Below are positions 17,448 to 27,014 of a DNA stretch of 34,957 nucleotides, piece by piece. Source of the DNA: a virus (taxonomy: Duplodnaviria; Heunggongvirae; Uroviricota; Caudoviricetes). The translations under genes and the position numbers were made by a program. The stretch's first letter is position 1, and every line of letters begins with the position of its first letter. Where the stretch lies: IMG/VR virus record IMGVR_UViG_3300029085_000005, positions 1 to 34,957 of that record. One strand, 5' to 3'. Below the pieces are notes generated by a model, which saw only the letters and a program-made list of their open reading frames with translations, was not told the DNA's origin and ran no database searches.

Positions 17448-18338
17448 ATGAATAAAAAATATGAACTGGTTGTTAAGGGGATAAATAATTACGGGGATAA
17501 GGTTACTGTTACTGTGAAGCCGGAAGGTGACGGGCAAGCGTCGCTGTTGTTGCCAGATGTGGCGATTAGTCTTGACCGTACTGAAGGTGCCACGCTGGAG
17601 TTTTACGAAGCTGAGGCGAAAAAGCAGGCGAAGCAGTTTTTCATGGATGTTGCTGCCGGGTTATGTGAAGGGGATGGTCCGTTGCCGGAAAAGCGCCCCG
17701 TAATTTTAGAGGCGCAGGATGTGTTGATAACCTACAAAGGAAAGCTACCGGGAAGAATTACTTGTTCTCTGAAGATGCCGCCGTCAACACTGCGGTCAGA
17801 AAAAGATGATGTTGAATCACGTATTGAAAAACTGGAGAGCTACGTCGTTGAGCTGAATAAGAAATGGTCGATATTGGTGCCTTCTGGCGATGAAAAGCAG
17901 TTTGCTGCGTTTGACGATTATTGTCGGAAAGTGATGAGCAGAAATCTCGCAGAGTGTTTCAGTATTCATAATGATAATTTCAGTGACCCGGAATGGGAGT
18001 GTAACCGGCCATCCTTTGTTGTATCCGGTGATGCTGGGAAAATAACCATCTCAGAAAATGGGAAAGTAACACCTCCATCGCACCAGCACAGTGAGGAGCT
18101 CATTGAATTTGCCATTGATTACCTGAAGAACAATAAAAAGCAGGGGCTGATGAAGCGCGTTGGCCGTTGCATGGGATATCTGCAGGTAGCTGCTGAGATT
18201 GAAGCGCTGGCCAGTGGTGCTGATAAGGATGCAATTGTGCGGGAGGCTTTTCTTCGTGATTTTAATACTCCACCCTTTAAAAAAGTGCCGGCTTACTGGC
18301 TTCATCCGGGGCTGACTTATCTTAAAGTGCGTATTTAG
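17448..18338 (+). CDS. hypothetical 296-aa soluble protein inserted between holin and endolysin (unknown function)
   Basis: ORF 17445..18338 (GTG at 17445, ATG at 17448) starts a few nt after the holin stop and ends about 35 nt before the endolysin start. No TM segment, signal peptide or motif recognised; visibly AT-richer than the flanking genes. Confidence 0.55.
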   Translation: MNKKYELVVKGINNYGDKVTVTVKPEGDGQASLLLPDVAISLDRTEGATLEFYEAEAKKQAKQFFMDVAAGLCEGDGPLPEKRPVILEAQDVLITYKGKLPGRITCSLKMPPSTLRSEKDDVESRIEKLESYVVELNKKWSILVPSGDEKQFAAFDDYCRKVMSRNLAECFSIHNDNFSDPEWECNRPSFVVSGDAGKITISENGKVTPPSHQHSEELIEFAIDYLKNNKKQGLMKRVGRCMGYLQVAAEIEALASGADKDAIVREAFLRDFNTPPFKKVPAYWLHPGLTYLKVRI

Positions 18339-18374
18339 TGGGCCAGGGACAGCGGCTGAATATTTAATATATCC

Positions 18375-18908
18375 ATGAACACCAAAATCAAATACGGCCT
18401 GTCGGCTGCCGTTCTGGCGCTGATTGCCGCTGGTGCGCCTGCGCCTGACATTCTCGACCAGTTTCTGGATGAAAAGGAAGGCAACCACACCACAGCATAC
18501 CGTGATGGTGCGGGTATCTGGACCATCTGCCGAGGTGCCATCATGGTGGATGGTAAGCCTGTGATTCCTGGCATGAAGCTGTCGAAGGAAAAATGCGACT
18601 GGGTTAACACTATCGAACGGGATAAGGCGCTGGCGTGGGTGGAGAAAAACATCAGAGTGCCACTGACCGAACCCCAGAAAGCGGGGATCGCGTCATTCTG
18701 TCCGTACAACATTGGTCCCGGTAAGTGTTTCCCGTCGACGTTTTACAGACGAATTAATGCTGGTGATCGAAAAGGTGCCTGCGAAGCGATTCGCTGGTGG
18801 ATTAAGGACGGTGGCAGAGACTGCCGTATTCGTTCAAACAACTGTTACGGTCAAGTATCCCGTCGTGACCAGGAGAGCGCGCTGGCGTGCTGGGGTATCG
18901 ACAGATAA
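18375..18908 (+). CDS. R: SAR endolysin (R21-like, T4-lysozyme fold, GH24)
   Basis: N-terminal signal-anchor-release segment (LSAAVLALIAAGA) and catalytic E-8aa-D-5aa-T motif in LDEKEGNHTTAYRDGAGIWTICRG. Confidence 0.85.
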   Translation: MNTKIKYGLSAAVLALIAAGAPAPDILDQFLDEKEGNHTTAYRDGAGIWTICRGAIMVDGKPVIPGMKLSKEKCDWVNTIERDKALAWVEKNIRVPLTEPQKAGIASFCPYNIGPGKCFPSTFYRRINAGDRKGACEAIRWWIKDGGRDCRIRSNNCYGQVSRRDQESALACWGIDR

Positions 18909-19064
18909 GCAGAATATTTTGCTGAAAAATGAGGAATGGCCACGCGGGCGGATAACACGAAATCCTGCGAACTGGCGAAACGTAAGTGAATAAAAGTAAA
19001 AACCCCGTTTGTTGGCACCAAGCGAGGTTTTGTGTTTCTGACCTTGAGTAAGGCAAGGGAGAAC

Positions 19065-19247
19065 ATGGCGAAGTATAAACGAATTCTGTTGAGGTTGACT
19101 ATGAAAAATGGCCTTGAACTGAAAGCGCCTGTAACTGATGACATCAGCAGAGCACTGGCTTTTGCCATTAAGTGGGTGGCGGTCGGTGTTGCTGTGTCCC
19201 CGATGCTGTATGGGCTGGCAAAACTGGTCATTGCGTTGAAATCGTGA
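19065..19247 (+). CDS. small membrane protein (about 60 aa) between endolysin and Rz
   Basis: Internal ATG of ORF 19032..19247 preceded by AAGGGAGA; [60 protein letters not shown] with one C-terminal TM segment. Confidence 0.4.
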   Translation: MAKYKRILLRLTMKNGLELKAPVTDDISRALAFAIKWVAVGVAVSPMLYGLAKLVIALKS

Positions 19248-19261
19248 AGGGAGGATTAAGC

Positions 19262-19393
19262 ATGTCAGACAAACTCATAACGCTGGCGAAGATCCTCTGT
19301 GTAATTGTCGGCATTTCATTTTCACTAATGCTGGTTGCTCTTTTTCTTTCCATGGCCTGGATGATGTTGTCTTCGTCGGGGTTGCTGGGGTGA
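19262..19393 (+). CDS. small hydrophobic peptide (about 43 aa) between endolysin and Rz
   Basis: Internal ATG of ORF 19172..19393 preceded by GGGAGGA; [43 protein letters not shown], a single TM segment. Confidence 0.4.
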   Translation: MSDKLITLAKILCVIVGISFSLMLVALFLSMAWMMLSSSGLLG

Positions 19394-19404
19394 ACATAAA
19401 CCGA

Positions 19405-19860
19405 ATGCTTTCCGCGTTTATCGTTATTCTGCTGGTGGCCTGTGGTGCGCTGTGGATGGCAACAGACCATTACCGTGATAACGCGATTACCTACAAAGCG
19501 CAGCGCGATAACAAAGCCAGTGAACTGAAGCTGGCGAACGCAACCATTACTGATATGCAGGTGCGCCAGCGCGATGTTGCTGCACTCGATGAAAAATACT
19601 CAAGGGAGTTAGCTGATGCGAAAGCTGAAAATGATGCTCTGCGTGATGATATTGCCGCTGGTCGTCGTCGGTTGCGCATCAGAGCAGTCTGTCCAGCCGT
19701 GCGTGAAGCCACCGGCACCACCGGCGTGGATGATGCAGCCCGCCCCGGACTTACTGACGCCGCTCAACGGGATTATTTCACCCTCAGAGAGCGAATCGCA
19801 ACCAGCGACAGAATGATTCGGGGATTGCAGGAATATATCCGCACCCAGTGCATTAAGTAG
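19405..19860 (+). CDS. Rz: Rz i-spanin
   Basis: ORF 19390..19860 from its internal ATG: N-terminal TM anchor ([17 protein letters not shown]) followed by a coiled-coil-type periplasmic domain; the embedded +1 lipoprotein ORF confirms the Rz/Rz1 arrangement. Confidence 0.8.
   Translation: MLSAFIVILLVACGALWMATDHYRDNAITYKAQRDNKASELKLANATITDMQVRQRDVAALDEKYSRELADAKAENDALRDDIAAGRRRLRIRAVCPAVREATGTTGVDDAARPGLTDAAQRDYFTLRERIATSDRMIRGLQEYIRTQCIK
19616..19816 (+). CDS. Rz1: Rz1 o-spanin lipoprotein (embedded in Rz, +1 frame)
   Basis: Signal peptide with lipobox ([14 protein letters not shown]), Pro-rich mature region; the true start may be one of the downstream Met codons. Confidence 0.7.
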   Translation: MRKLKMMLCVMILPLVVVGCASEQSVQPCVKPPAPPAWMMQPAPDLLTPLNGIISPSESESQPATE

Positions 19861-19883
19861 TCTTTTTATTATCCGGAGGATGT

Positions 19884-20108
19884 ATGAAGAAATTACTGGT
19901 AACCGTAAAGCCCTTTAACGGAACAATTCCGTTCCGGGTTTTACAGCGTGGGCGTGTTCTGGCTGAAGGCACATTCAGTGGTAAATGCACGGAATGTTAT
20001 TCACGAACATATGAAGTGGATGCCACGGATGAAGAAATCTCTGTTGAATGTGATCTGAATGCAAATATGGCGGGGATTGTATCAGCGACATTGTTGCCTG
20101 TTTCCTGA
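19884..20108 (+). CDS. hypothetical small protein
   Basis: 74-aa ORF immediately after Rz, preceded by GGAGGA; no family recognised. Confidence 0.4.
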   Translation: MKKLLVTVKPFNGTIPFRVLQRGRVLAEGTFSGKCTECYSRTYEVDATDEEISVECDLNANMAGIVSATLLPVS

Positions 20109-20149
20109 ATGACATAGAATGTCTCCGGGTACCCAAAAAGGAGATAATT

Positions 20150-20362
20150 ATGTTTATTGCGGAAGGATTAGAGCCAGATCCAATCAACAAAGGTTGGGTT
20201 AAAGGATGGGCTGTTGTTAAAGGATCGCCATGGCATCTTGTAGGCGTCTATGCAACAAAAGAGGTTGCCGAGACAAAAGCAAAAATGGTTGGCGATGGAT
20301 ATGAAGTGCATTACGGCTCTTATCGAAAGGGAAGCGATGATTTTGTATGGAGTGAGCAGTAA
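20150..20362 (+). CDS. hypothetical small protein
   Basis: 70-aa ORF preceded by AAGGAGA; followed by a strong intrinsic terminator. Confidence 0.4.
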   Translation: MFIAEGLEPDPINKGWVKGWAVVKGSPWHLVGVYATKEVAETKAKMVGDGYEVHYGSYRKGSDDFVWSEQ

Positions 20363-20382
20363 CCTGATACCTGTGATTATTA

Positions 20383-20408
20383 AACCGCCTCATCATGGCG
20401 GTTTTTTT
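20383..20408 (+). terminator. intrinsic terminator ending the lysis region
   Basis: aaccgcctcatcatggcggttttttta: 7-bp stem aaccgcc/ggcggtt with T-tract. Coordinates approximate. Confidence 0.6.
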
Positions 20409-20439
20409 ATGTCTGGCTGACGGGTCCTCCCGGTGGGGT

Positions 20440-20600
20440 GGGGCTGTACACGGGGCGGGCGGCGCGGAAAAAGGCGCATTTTTGTGATTTTATCGTCATC
20501 ATCATCATAATGGTAACTTATTGTTTTTAATGTGTTTAGCATTAAAAAGATGATGATTGCGGTTGATTTTTGTTCGACATCTTTATATGGCGGCATTTCT
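20440..20600. other. cos-like region (putative cosN and cosB) upstream of the small terminase gene
   Basis: GC-rich acggggcgggcggcgcgg resembling lambda cosN (GGGCGGCGACCT), followed by an AT-rich segment cgtcatcatcatcataatggtaacttattgtttttaatg resembling lambda cosB/IHF-site sequence; position matches lambda. Boundaries approximate. Confidence 0.4.
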
Positions 20601-20650
20601 TTACAAAAAAAGAGCCACTTTTGTTCAGCGGTTTATGTGGAGGGATGTAA

Positions 20651-21127
20651 ATGGACGGCGAGCTGAAAAATATGAAGTTAAATATTAATCAACTGGCAGC
20701 CCTTTCAGGTCTGCACCGGCAGACTGTTGCCGCCAGAATGGCGGATGTTCCTCTTGCACCAGGCAGTAATGAAAAGAAAAAACTGTATCTCCTGACGGAT
20801 TTGATTATTTCGTTGCTGGAAAAACCACCGACTTCCGAAGATGAAGAGATGAACCCACATGATCGGAAGGCATGGTATCAGTCCGAGCGCGAGCGTCTTA
20901 AATTTCAGCATGAAACTGTTCAGCTTGTGCCTGTCAGTGATGTCAGGCGGTCCTTTTCTGTCGTGGTGAAAGCGATAGTTCAGGTACTGGAAACCTGGCC
21001 TGACCGGCTGGAAAGGGACAGAGGGTGGACCGCATCACAACTGAATGAAGTACAGATTGTGGTTGATGAGATCCGCGACACACTGGAAAAGGCAGTCATT
21101 GACTGTTGTGATGAGGCCGATATGTGA
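20651..21127 (+). CDS. terminase small subunit (Nu1-like, N-terminal HTH)
   Basis: MKLNINQLAALSGLHRQTVAARM HTH parallels the lambda Nu1 N-terminus (MEVNKKQLADIFGASIRTIQNWQ); overlaps the start of the large terminase. The true start may be the Met 7 codons in. Confidence 0.7.
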   Translation: MDGELKNMKLNINQLAALSGLHRQTVAARMADVPLAPGSNEKKKLYLLTDLIISLLEKPPTSEDEEMNPHDRKAWYQSERERLKFQHETVQLVPVSDVRRSFSVVVKAIVQVLETWPDRLERDRGWTASQLNEVQIVVDEIRDTLEKAVIDCCDEADM

Positions 21128-23247
21128 ATCAGGTGAACGAGAGCCATAGCCGCGCATCCGATATCTGGCGCGAAGTGGCCTCGCTGTTTCGCCCGCCCAG
21201 CCGGTTACCAGTAGCGGAAGCCATCAGGCGTTATATGCGGGTACCACGGGGAGCCAATACTTCCGGTCCGTGGGAGTCATCGCTGACGCCCTATATGATT
21301 GACCCTATTAATACATTATCAGCCCGTGAATATGACGCGGTGGTGTTTGTGGGACCTGCGCGAACCGGGAAAACCGAAGGGCTGATTGACGGCTGGATTG
21401 TGTACGGCATCATCTGTGATCCGGCGGATATGCTGGTGGTGCAAATGACCGAGACGAAGGCGCGGGAACACTCCAGAACGCGTCTTTCCAGAACGTTTCG
21501 TCACAGCCCGGAGGTCAGTAAGCGTCTCAGTCCTTCCCGTAATGACAACAACGTCCACGATAAAATGTTTCTTGACGGCTCCTTCCTGAAGATTGGCTGG
21601 CCGTCGATCACTGTATTTTCTTCTTCGGATTACCGTCGTGTGGCGCTGACGGATTATGACCGTTTCCCTGAAAACGTGGACGGGGAAGGGGATGCCTTCA
21701 CCCTGGCATCAAAGCGTACCACCACCTTTATGTCCTCGGGGATGACCCTGGTCGAGAGTTCGCCGGGGCGGGATATCACTGACACCAAATGGCGCTGTGG
21801 CGGCGCACATGAGGCACCGCCAACAACGGGGATCCTGTCACTGTATAACCGGGGAGACCGCCGCCGGTGGTACTGGCCGTGTCCGCACTGCGGGGAATAT
21901 TTTCAGCCGGTGATGGATAACATGACCGGATACCGGAATAACCCGGATTTTGTGGCTGCCGGTCAGGCTGCCCGTCTGATGTGTCCGCATTGTCGCGGGC
22001 TGATTGCCCCTGAGCAGAAACGCGAACTGAATAACAAAGGGATCTGGCTTCGTGAAGGTGAACGGGCGGTGGCGGACGGCAGTATCACCGGAACGCCACG
22101 AAATTCCCGGATTGCGTCATTCTGGATGGAGGGGCCGGCTGCGGCGTTTCAGACCTGGGAACAACTGATTTTTAAACTGCTGGCGGCAGAAGAAGAGTAT
22201 GAGCGAACCGGCAGTGAAGAGACCCTGAAAGCGGTGGTGAACACCGATATCGGACGCCCCTATCTGCCCCGTTCAGCCACGGAACAGCGTAAAAGTGAAC
22301 TGCTTGAACAGCGTGCCGAGCCGTTTCCCCGGCGATCTGTGCCGGATGGTGTGCGTTTTATTGAGGCAACGGTTGACGTACAGGGCGGTAAAAATCGCCG
22401 TTTTGTTGTGCAGATCACCGGATACGGAGAGCAGGGGGAACGCTGGATTGTTGATCGCTATAACATCCGGCATTCACTGCGCTGCAGTCCCAACGGTGAA
22501 AGTCTGCCGGTTGATCCGGCGGCATATCCGGAGGACTGGGATTTGTTGCTGACGGATGTGTTCCATAAAACATGGCCGCTGGCTTCTGATCCGGATGTGC
22601 GCATGCGTCTGATGGCCATGGCGGTGGATACGGGAGGGGAAGCCGGGGTGACAGATAACGCCTATCGTTTCTGGCGTCGTTGCCGGAGTGACGGACTGGG
22701 CAACAGGGTGTTTCTGTTCAAGGGGGATGGACTTCGCCGTGACAGGCTGATTAACCGTACCTTCCCGGATAATACCGGCAGAAGTGCCCGCCGTGCCAGA
22801 GCCAGTGGCGATGTCGCGCTGTGGCTGGTTCAGACGGATGCGTTTAAGGACCGTGTAAATAATGCCCTGTGGCGTGACACACCAGGGCCGAACTATATCC
22901 ACTTTCCCGACTGGCTGGGGCGATGGTTTTACGATGAGCTGACCTATGAAGAGCGCGGCAGTGACGGAAAATGGCGAAAACCGGGCAGGGGAGCTAACGA
23001 GGCGTTTGACCTGCTGGTTTATGCGGATGCGCTTGCCGTTCTGCATGGTTACGAAAAGATCCGCTGGCCCTCCGCACCGGACTGGGCACAGCGGGAAACG
23101 TGGCTCGTCTTCCCGCAGGAGCGTTCTGGTGAAACGGTATCCCCGGAACTGACGGCCGGGGCAGAAAAACGCCGTCGCCGGAAGAAAAAACTGCGGACGG
23201 AGCGTGCGGAAGATAATCCATGGATAACATCAGGAGGCTGGTTGTGA
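21124..23247 (+). CDS. A: terminase large subunit (lambda gpA family)
   Basis: 707 aa; Walker A-like FVGPARTGKTE; CPHCG zinc-ribbon-like motif; GTG start overlapping the small-subunit stop; followed by W and portal. Confidence 0.85.
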   Translation: MNQVNESHSRASDIWREVASLFRPPSRLPVAEAIRRYMRVPRGANTSGPWESSLTPYMIDPINTLSAREYDAVVFVGPARTGKTEGLIDGWIVYGIICDPADMLVVQMTETKAREHSRTRLSRTFRHSPEVSKRLSPSRNDNNVHDKMFLDGSFLKIGWPSITVFSSSDYRRVALTDYDRFPENVDGEGDAFTLASKRTTTFMSSGMTLVESSPGRDITDTKWRCGGAHEAPPTTGILSLYNRGDRRRWYWPCPHCGEYFQPVMDNMTGYRNNPDFVAAGQAARLMCPHCRGLIAPEQKRELNNKGIWLREGERAVADGSITGTPRNSRIASFWMEGPAAAFQTWEQLIFKLLAAEEEYERTGSEETLKAVVNTDIGRPYLPRSATEQRKSELLEQRAEPFPRRSVPDGVRFIEATVDVQGGKNRRFVVQITGYGEQGERWIVDRYNIRHSLRCSPNGESLPVDPAAYPEDWDLLLTDVFHKTWPLASDPDVRMRLMAMAVDTGGEAGVTDNAYRFWRRCRSDGLGNRVFLFKGDGLRRDRLINRTFPDNTGRSARRARASGDVALWLVQTDAFKDRVNNALWRDTPGPNYIHFPDWLGRWFYDELTYEERGSDGKWRKPGRGANEAFDLLVYADALAVLHGYEKIRWPSAPDWAQRETWLVFPQERSGETVSPELTAGAEKRRRRKKKLRTERAEDNPWITSGGWL

Positions 23248-23456
23248 GCACAGAAGAAGCCAGAGAAATGATACAGCGGTACCGTGAAGCGGAAATGGCC
23301 GTACTGGAGGGGAAGTCTGTCACCTTCAACGGACAGCAACTGACGCTGGAAAGCCTTTCTCAGATCCGCGCCGGACGTCAGGAGTGGGAACGCAGGCTTG
23401 CCGCGATGGTGAGCCGCAGGCGGGGAAAACCAGGATTTAAACTGGCGAGGTTTTAA
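23244..23456 (+). CDS. W: head-tail joining protein gpW-like
   Basis: ORF 23220..23456; AGGAGG lies 6 nt before the GTG at about 23244, giving a roughly 70-aa product in the lambda W position. Confidence 0.55.
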   Translation: MSTEEAREMIQRYREAEMAVLEGKSVTFNGQQLTLESLSQIRAGRQEWERRLAAMVSRRRGKPGFKLARF

Positions 23457-24958
23457 TGGCAATTATTGATGATGTGATAGGCGTGTTTTCCCCCGGGTGG
23501 AAAGCAGCCAGACTGCGTTCAAGGGCGTTAATCATGGCCTATGAGGCGGTGAAACCGACCCGGACACATAAAGCCCGGCGGGAAAATCGCTCTGCTGATC
23601 AGCTCAGTAAATACGGTGCGGTTTCCCTGCGGGAGCAGGCCCGTTTTCTGGATATCAATCATGACCTGGTGATTGGTGTGTTTGACAAGCTGGAAGAGCG
23701 GGTGATTGGTGCCAGGGGAATTATTGTGGAGCCTCAGCCATTACGAAAAAACGGGGAAATGGCGGCAGAGCTGGCTGCGGATATCCGTCGGTTGTGGGCT
23801 GAATGGTCCGTGAGTCCGGATGTGACAGGGCAGTATACCCGTCCCGTGCTTGAACGTTTACTGCTGCGGACCTGGCTGCGGGATGGTGAAGTGTTTGCGC
23901 AGATGGTCAGTGGTGCGGGAAACGGTCTGGAACGGACGGCGGGAGTGCCATTCTGGCTTGAGGCGATGGAGCCGGATTTTGTTCCCATGCGCACTGATGA
24001 ATCCGCCGGGCTGAATCAGGGGGTTTTTCTTGATGAGTGGGGAAGACCGAAAAAATATCTGGTTTATAAAAATTATCCGGTCAGCGGTCGGCAGAGTGAT
24101 ACGAAAGAAATCGCTGCCGGAAAAATGATCCACCTGAAGTTCATACGCCGTCTGCATCAGACGCGAGGCTCATCCATGTTATCGGGGGTGCTGATGCGGA
24201 TCAGTGCCCTTAAGGAATATGAGGATGCGGAACTGACGGCTGCGCGTATTGCCGCGGCGCTGGGACTGTATATCCGTAAAGGGGACGGACAGGACTATGA
24301 AGATCCGGGGATCAAAGATACCGACCGGGAAGTCCATATCACCCCGGGTATTATTTATGACGATTTGCGCAAGGGCGAGGATATCGGCATGGTCAAATCA
24401 GACCGTCCCAATCCCAACCTTGAAACTTTCCGCAACGGCCAGTTGCGTGCAGTGGCAGCGGGCAGTCGTCTGAGTTTTTCCAGTGCGGCGCGTAACTATA
24501 ACGGCACCTACAGTGCCCAGCGGCAGGAGCTGGTCGAGTCCACGGATGGTTACCTGATCCTGCAGGACTGTTTTATTGGCGCGGTAACCCGCCCGGTGTA
24601 CCGGACATGGCTGAATATGGTGGTTGCGGCAGGTCTGCTGAAAATTCCGGCGGATGTGGAGATGAAAACGCTATATAACGCGACGTATTCCGGTCCGGTG
24701 ATGCCGTGGATCGACCCGGTTAAGGAAGCTGAAGCCTGGAGAATTCAGATCCGGGGTGGTGCAGCGACAGAATCTGACTGGGTGCGTGCCGGCGGGCGCA
24801 ATCCGGATGAGGTCAAACGTCGCCGCAAGGCTGAAATTGATGAAAACAGCAGACTGGGGCTGGTCTTTGATACTGACCCCGTCAACGACAAAGGAGGCAA
24901 CAGTGCCGGAACTGAACAACAGCGTCAGCAGGCCACCGACAGCCAGCATGAAGAATAA
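23456..24958 (+). CDS. B: portal protein (lambda gpB family)
   Basis: 500-aa ORF in portal position between W and the protease/capsid gene; start overlaps the W stop. Confidence 0.85.
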   Translation: MAIIDDVIGVFSPGWKAARLRSRALIMAYEAVKPTRTHKARRENRSADQLSKYGAVSLREQARFLDINHDLVIGVFDKLEERVIGARGIIVEPQPLRKNGEMAAELAADIRRLWAEWSVSPDVTGQYTRPVLERLLLRTWLRDGEVFAQMVSGAGNGLERTAGVPFWLEAMEPDFVPMRTDESAGLNQGVFLDEWGRPKKYLVYKNYPVSGRQSDTKEIAAGKMIHLKFIRRLHQTRGSSMLSGVLMRISALKEYEDAELTAARIAAALGLYIRKGDGQDYEDPGIKDTDREVHITPGIIYDDLRKGEDIGMVKSDRPNPNLETFRNGQLRAVAAGSRLSFSSAARNYNGTYSAQRQELVESTDGYLILQDCFIGAVTRPVYRTWLNMVVAAGLLKIPADVEMKTLYNATYSGPVMPWIDPVKEAEAWRIQIRGGAATESDWVRAGGRNPDEVKRRRKAEIDENSRLGLVFDTDPVNDKGGNSAGTEQQRQQATDSQHEE

Positions 24959-26927
24959 ATCCTGGTTCAGGATGCAGGCGGGTGGTCAGGGTGAGGCGGA
25001 TATTTATATTTATGACGATATTGGTTTCTGGGGAGTTACCGCGAAGCAGTTTGTCAGCGATATGAATGCCATGGGTGATATCACCCACATTAATCTCCAC
25101 ATCAACTCACCGGGTGGCGATGTTTTTGAAGGCATCGCCATTTTTAATGCCCTGAAAAATCACGGTGCGGCCATTACCGTGTATGTGGATGGCGTTGCCG
25201 CCTCGATGGCATCCCTGATTGCGATGGCCGGTGACACGGTCATTATGCCGGAAAATGCCTTCATGATGATCCATAAACCCTGGGGGATCAGCGGTGGTGA
25301 TGCGGAGAAAATGCGCACTTATGCCGAACGTCTGGACAAACTTGAGTCGGTTATGGTGCCGGTATATGCGCAGAAAACCGGAAAAACTACCGATGAAATT
25401 GCCGCCATGCTGGCGGATGAGACCTGGATGTCCGGTGCCGAGTGTCTGGCACACGGATTTGCAGACCAGGTGACGCCAGCCGTTAAGGCAATGGCATGTA
25501 TTCAGTCAAAACGTACAGAGGAATTTAAAAAGATGCCGGAATCCATCCGAAATATGATCACGCAGCCATACAACAGTGCCCCGCGTGATACCACAGTGAC
25601 AATCCCTGCACCGGCGGTAACAGAACCATCACCGGTACCGGCAGTGTCTGATGAGGCGACCATTCGCGCCCGCGTTATGGCTGAGCAGAAAGCCCGCATG
25701 TCAGGCATTAACGATCTGTTTGCCATGTTTGGCGGTCGCTATCAGGCGCTTCAGGCGCAGTGTGTGGCTGATCCTGACTGTTCGCTGGAAATGGCCCGTG
25801 AACGTCTGCTGAATGAAATGGGCAAGGAGTCATCGCCGACCAACAAAAACACACCGGCCCATATTTATGCCGGAAACGGCAATTTTGTGGGGGACGGGAT
25901 CCGCCAGGCGATGCTGGCCCGTGCCGGATTTGAAAATGTCGAGAAGGATAACGCCTATAACGGGATGACCCTGCGTGAATGGGCTCGCATGTCACTGACG
26001 GAGCGCGGTATTGGGGTGGCCAGTTATAACCCCATGCAGATGGTCGGGCTGGCGCTGACGCACAGCACCTCTGATTTTGGCAATATTCTGCTGGATGTGT
26101 CGAACAAGGGGCTGATCCAGGGCTGGGAGGAATCAGAAGAAACCTTCCAGAAGTGGACCCGTAAGGGACGCCTGTCAGACTTCAAAACAGCGTATCGCGT
26201 GGGGATGGGCGGTTTTGGTTCTCTGCGCCAGGTTCGTGAGGGGGCGGAGTATAAATACATCACCACCTCAGATCGCAAGGAGACCATTGCACTGGCCACT
26301 TACGGGGAGATTTTCTCCATCACCCGCCAGGCCATTATCAATGATGATCTGAATATGCTGGTGGACGTGCCGATGAAGATGGGGCGTGCGGCGAAGGCAA
26401 CGATTGGTGACCTGGTTTACAAGGTGCTGACGGATAACCCGAAACTGTCAGACGGTAAGGCGCTGTTCCATGCCGATCACAAAAATATTGCTACCGGTGG
26501 GATTTCCGTTTCCGGACTGGATGCGGCCCGTCAGATGATGCGCCTGCAGAAAGAAGGCGATCGCGCCCTGAATATCCGTCCGGCCTTTATGCTGGTACCG
26601 GTGGCACTGGAGACGGTGGCGAACCAGACCATCAAATCGGCCAGTGTGAAAGGGGCGGATGCAAACGCCGGTGTCATTAACCCCATCCAGAACTTTGCTG
26701 AGGTGATTGCAGAAGCGCGTCTTGATGCGGCAGATCCGAAAACCTGGTATCTGGCGGCGGCACAGGGCACTGACACCATTGAAGTGGCCTGGCTGGATGG
26801 TGTGGACACTCCATACATTGATCAGCAGGAAGGTTTCACCACTGACGGCATTGCCACAAAAATCCGTATTGATGCCGGAGTGGCACCACTTGACTGGCGC
26901 GGGCTGGTGCGTTCGTCGGTGGCCTGA
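24948..26927 (+). CDS. prohead protease (ClpP/S49-like) fused to major capsid protein
   Basis: N-terminal part has ClpP-like motifs (INSPGGDVFEG...VAASMASLIAMAGD); the C-terminal roughly 400 aa is a capsid-type domain. Start taken as the Met (MKNKSWFRMQ) overlapping the portal stop rather than the upstream ORF start at 24756. Confidence 0.75.
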   Translation: MKNKSWFRMQAGGQGEADIYIYDDIGFWGVTAKQFVSDMNAMGDITHINLHINSPGGDVFEGIAIFNALKNHGAAITVYVDGVAASMASLIAMAGDTVIMPENAFMMIHKPWGISGGDAEKMRTYAERLDKLESVMVPVYAQKTGKTTDEIAAMLADETWMSGAECLAHGFADQVTPAVKAMACIQSKRTEEFKKMPESIRNMITQPYNSAPRDTTVTIPAPAVTEPSPVPAVSDEATIRARVMAEQKARMSGINDLFAMFGGRYQALQAQCVADPDCSLEMARERLLNEMGKESSPTNKNTPAHIYAGNGNFVGDGIRQAMLARAGFENVEKDNAYNGMTLREWARMSLTERGIGVASYNPMQMVGLALTHSTSDFGNILLDVSNKGLIQGWEESEETFQKWTRKGRLSDFKTAYRVGMGGFGSLRQVREGAEYKYITTSDRKETIALATYGEIFSITRQAIINDDLNMLVDVPMKMGRAAKATIGDLVYKVLTDNPKLSDGKALFHADHKNIATGGISVSGLDAARQMMRLQKEGDRALNIRPAFMLVPVALETVANQTIKSASVKGADANAGVINPIQNFAEVIAEARLDAADPKTWYLAAAQGTDTIEVAWLDGVDTPYIDQQEGFTTDGIATKIRIDAGVAPLDWRGLVRSSVA

Positions 26928-27014
26928 TAACCGAGTTATCACAATCACTGCCCGAAAGGGCTTTTTTTATGCCTGAAAAACAGCCCCACAGGGGCTGTCC
27001 GGAGAAACAGCATT

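Noticed and set aside
18712-18993. ORF 18712..18993 overlapping the 3' end of the endolysin gene
   Set aside because: Out-of-frame overlap with a strongly supported gene; Arg-rich translation; the Rz/Rz1 pair is found further downstream.
20393-20596. Minus-strand ORF 20393..20596 in the cos-like region
   Set aside because: Falls in the intergenic cos-like sequence; translation contains a DDDDD run from the catcatcatcat repeat; no RBS.
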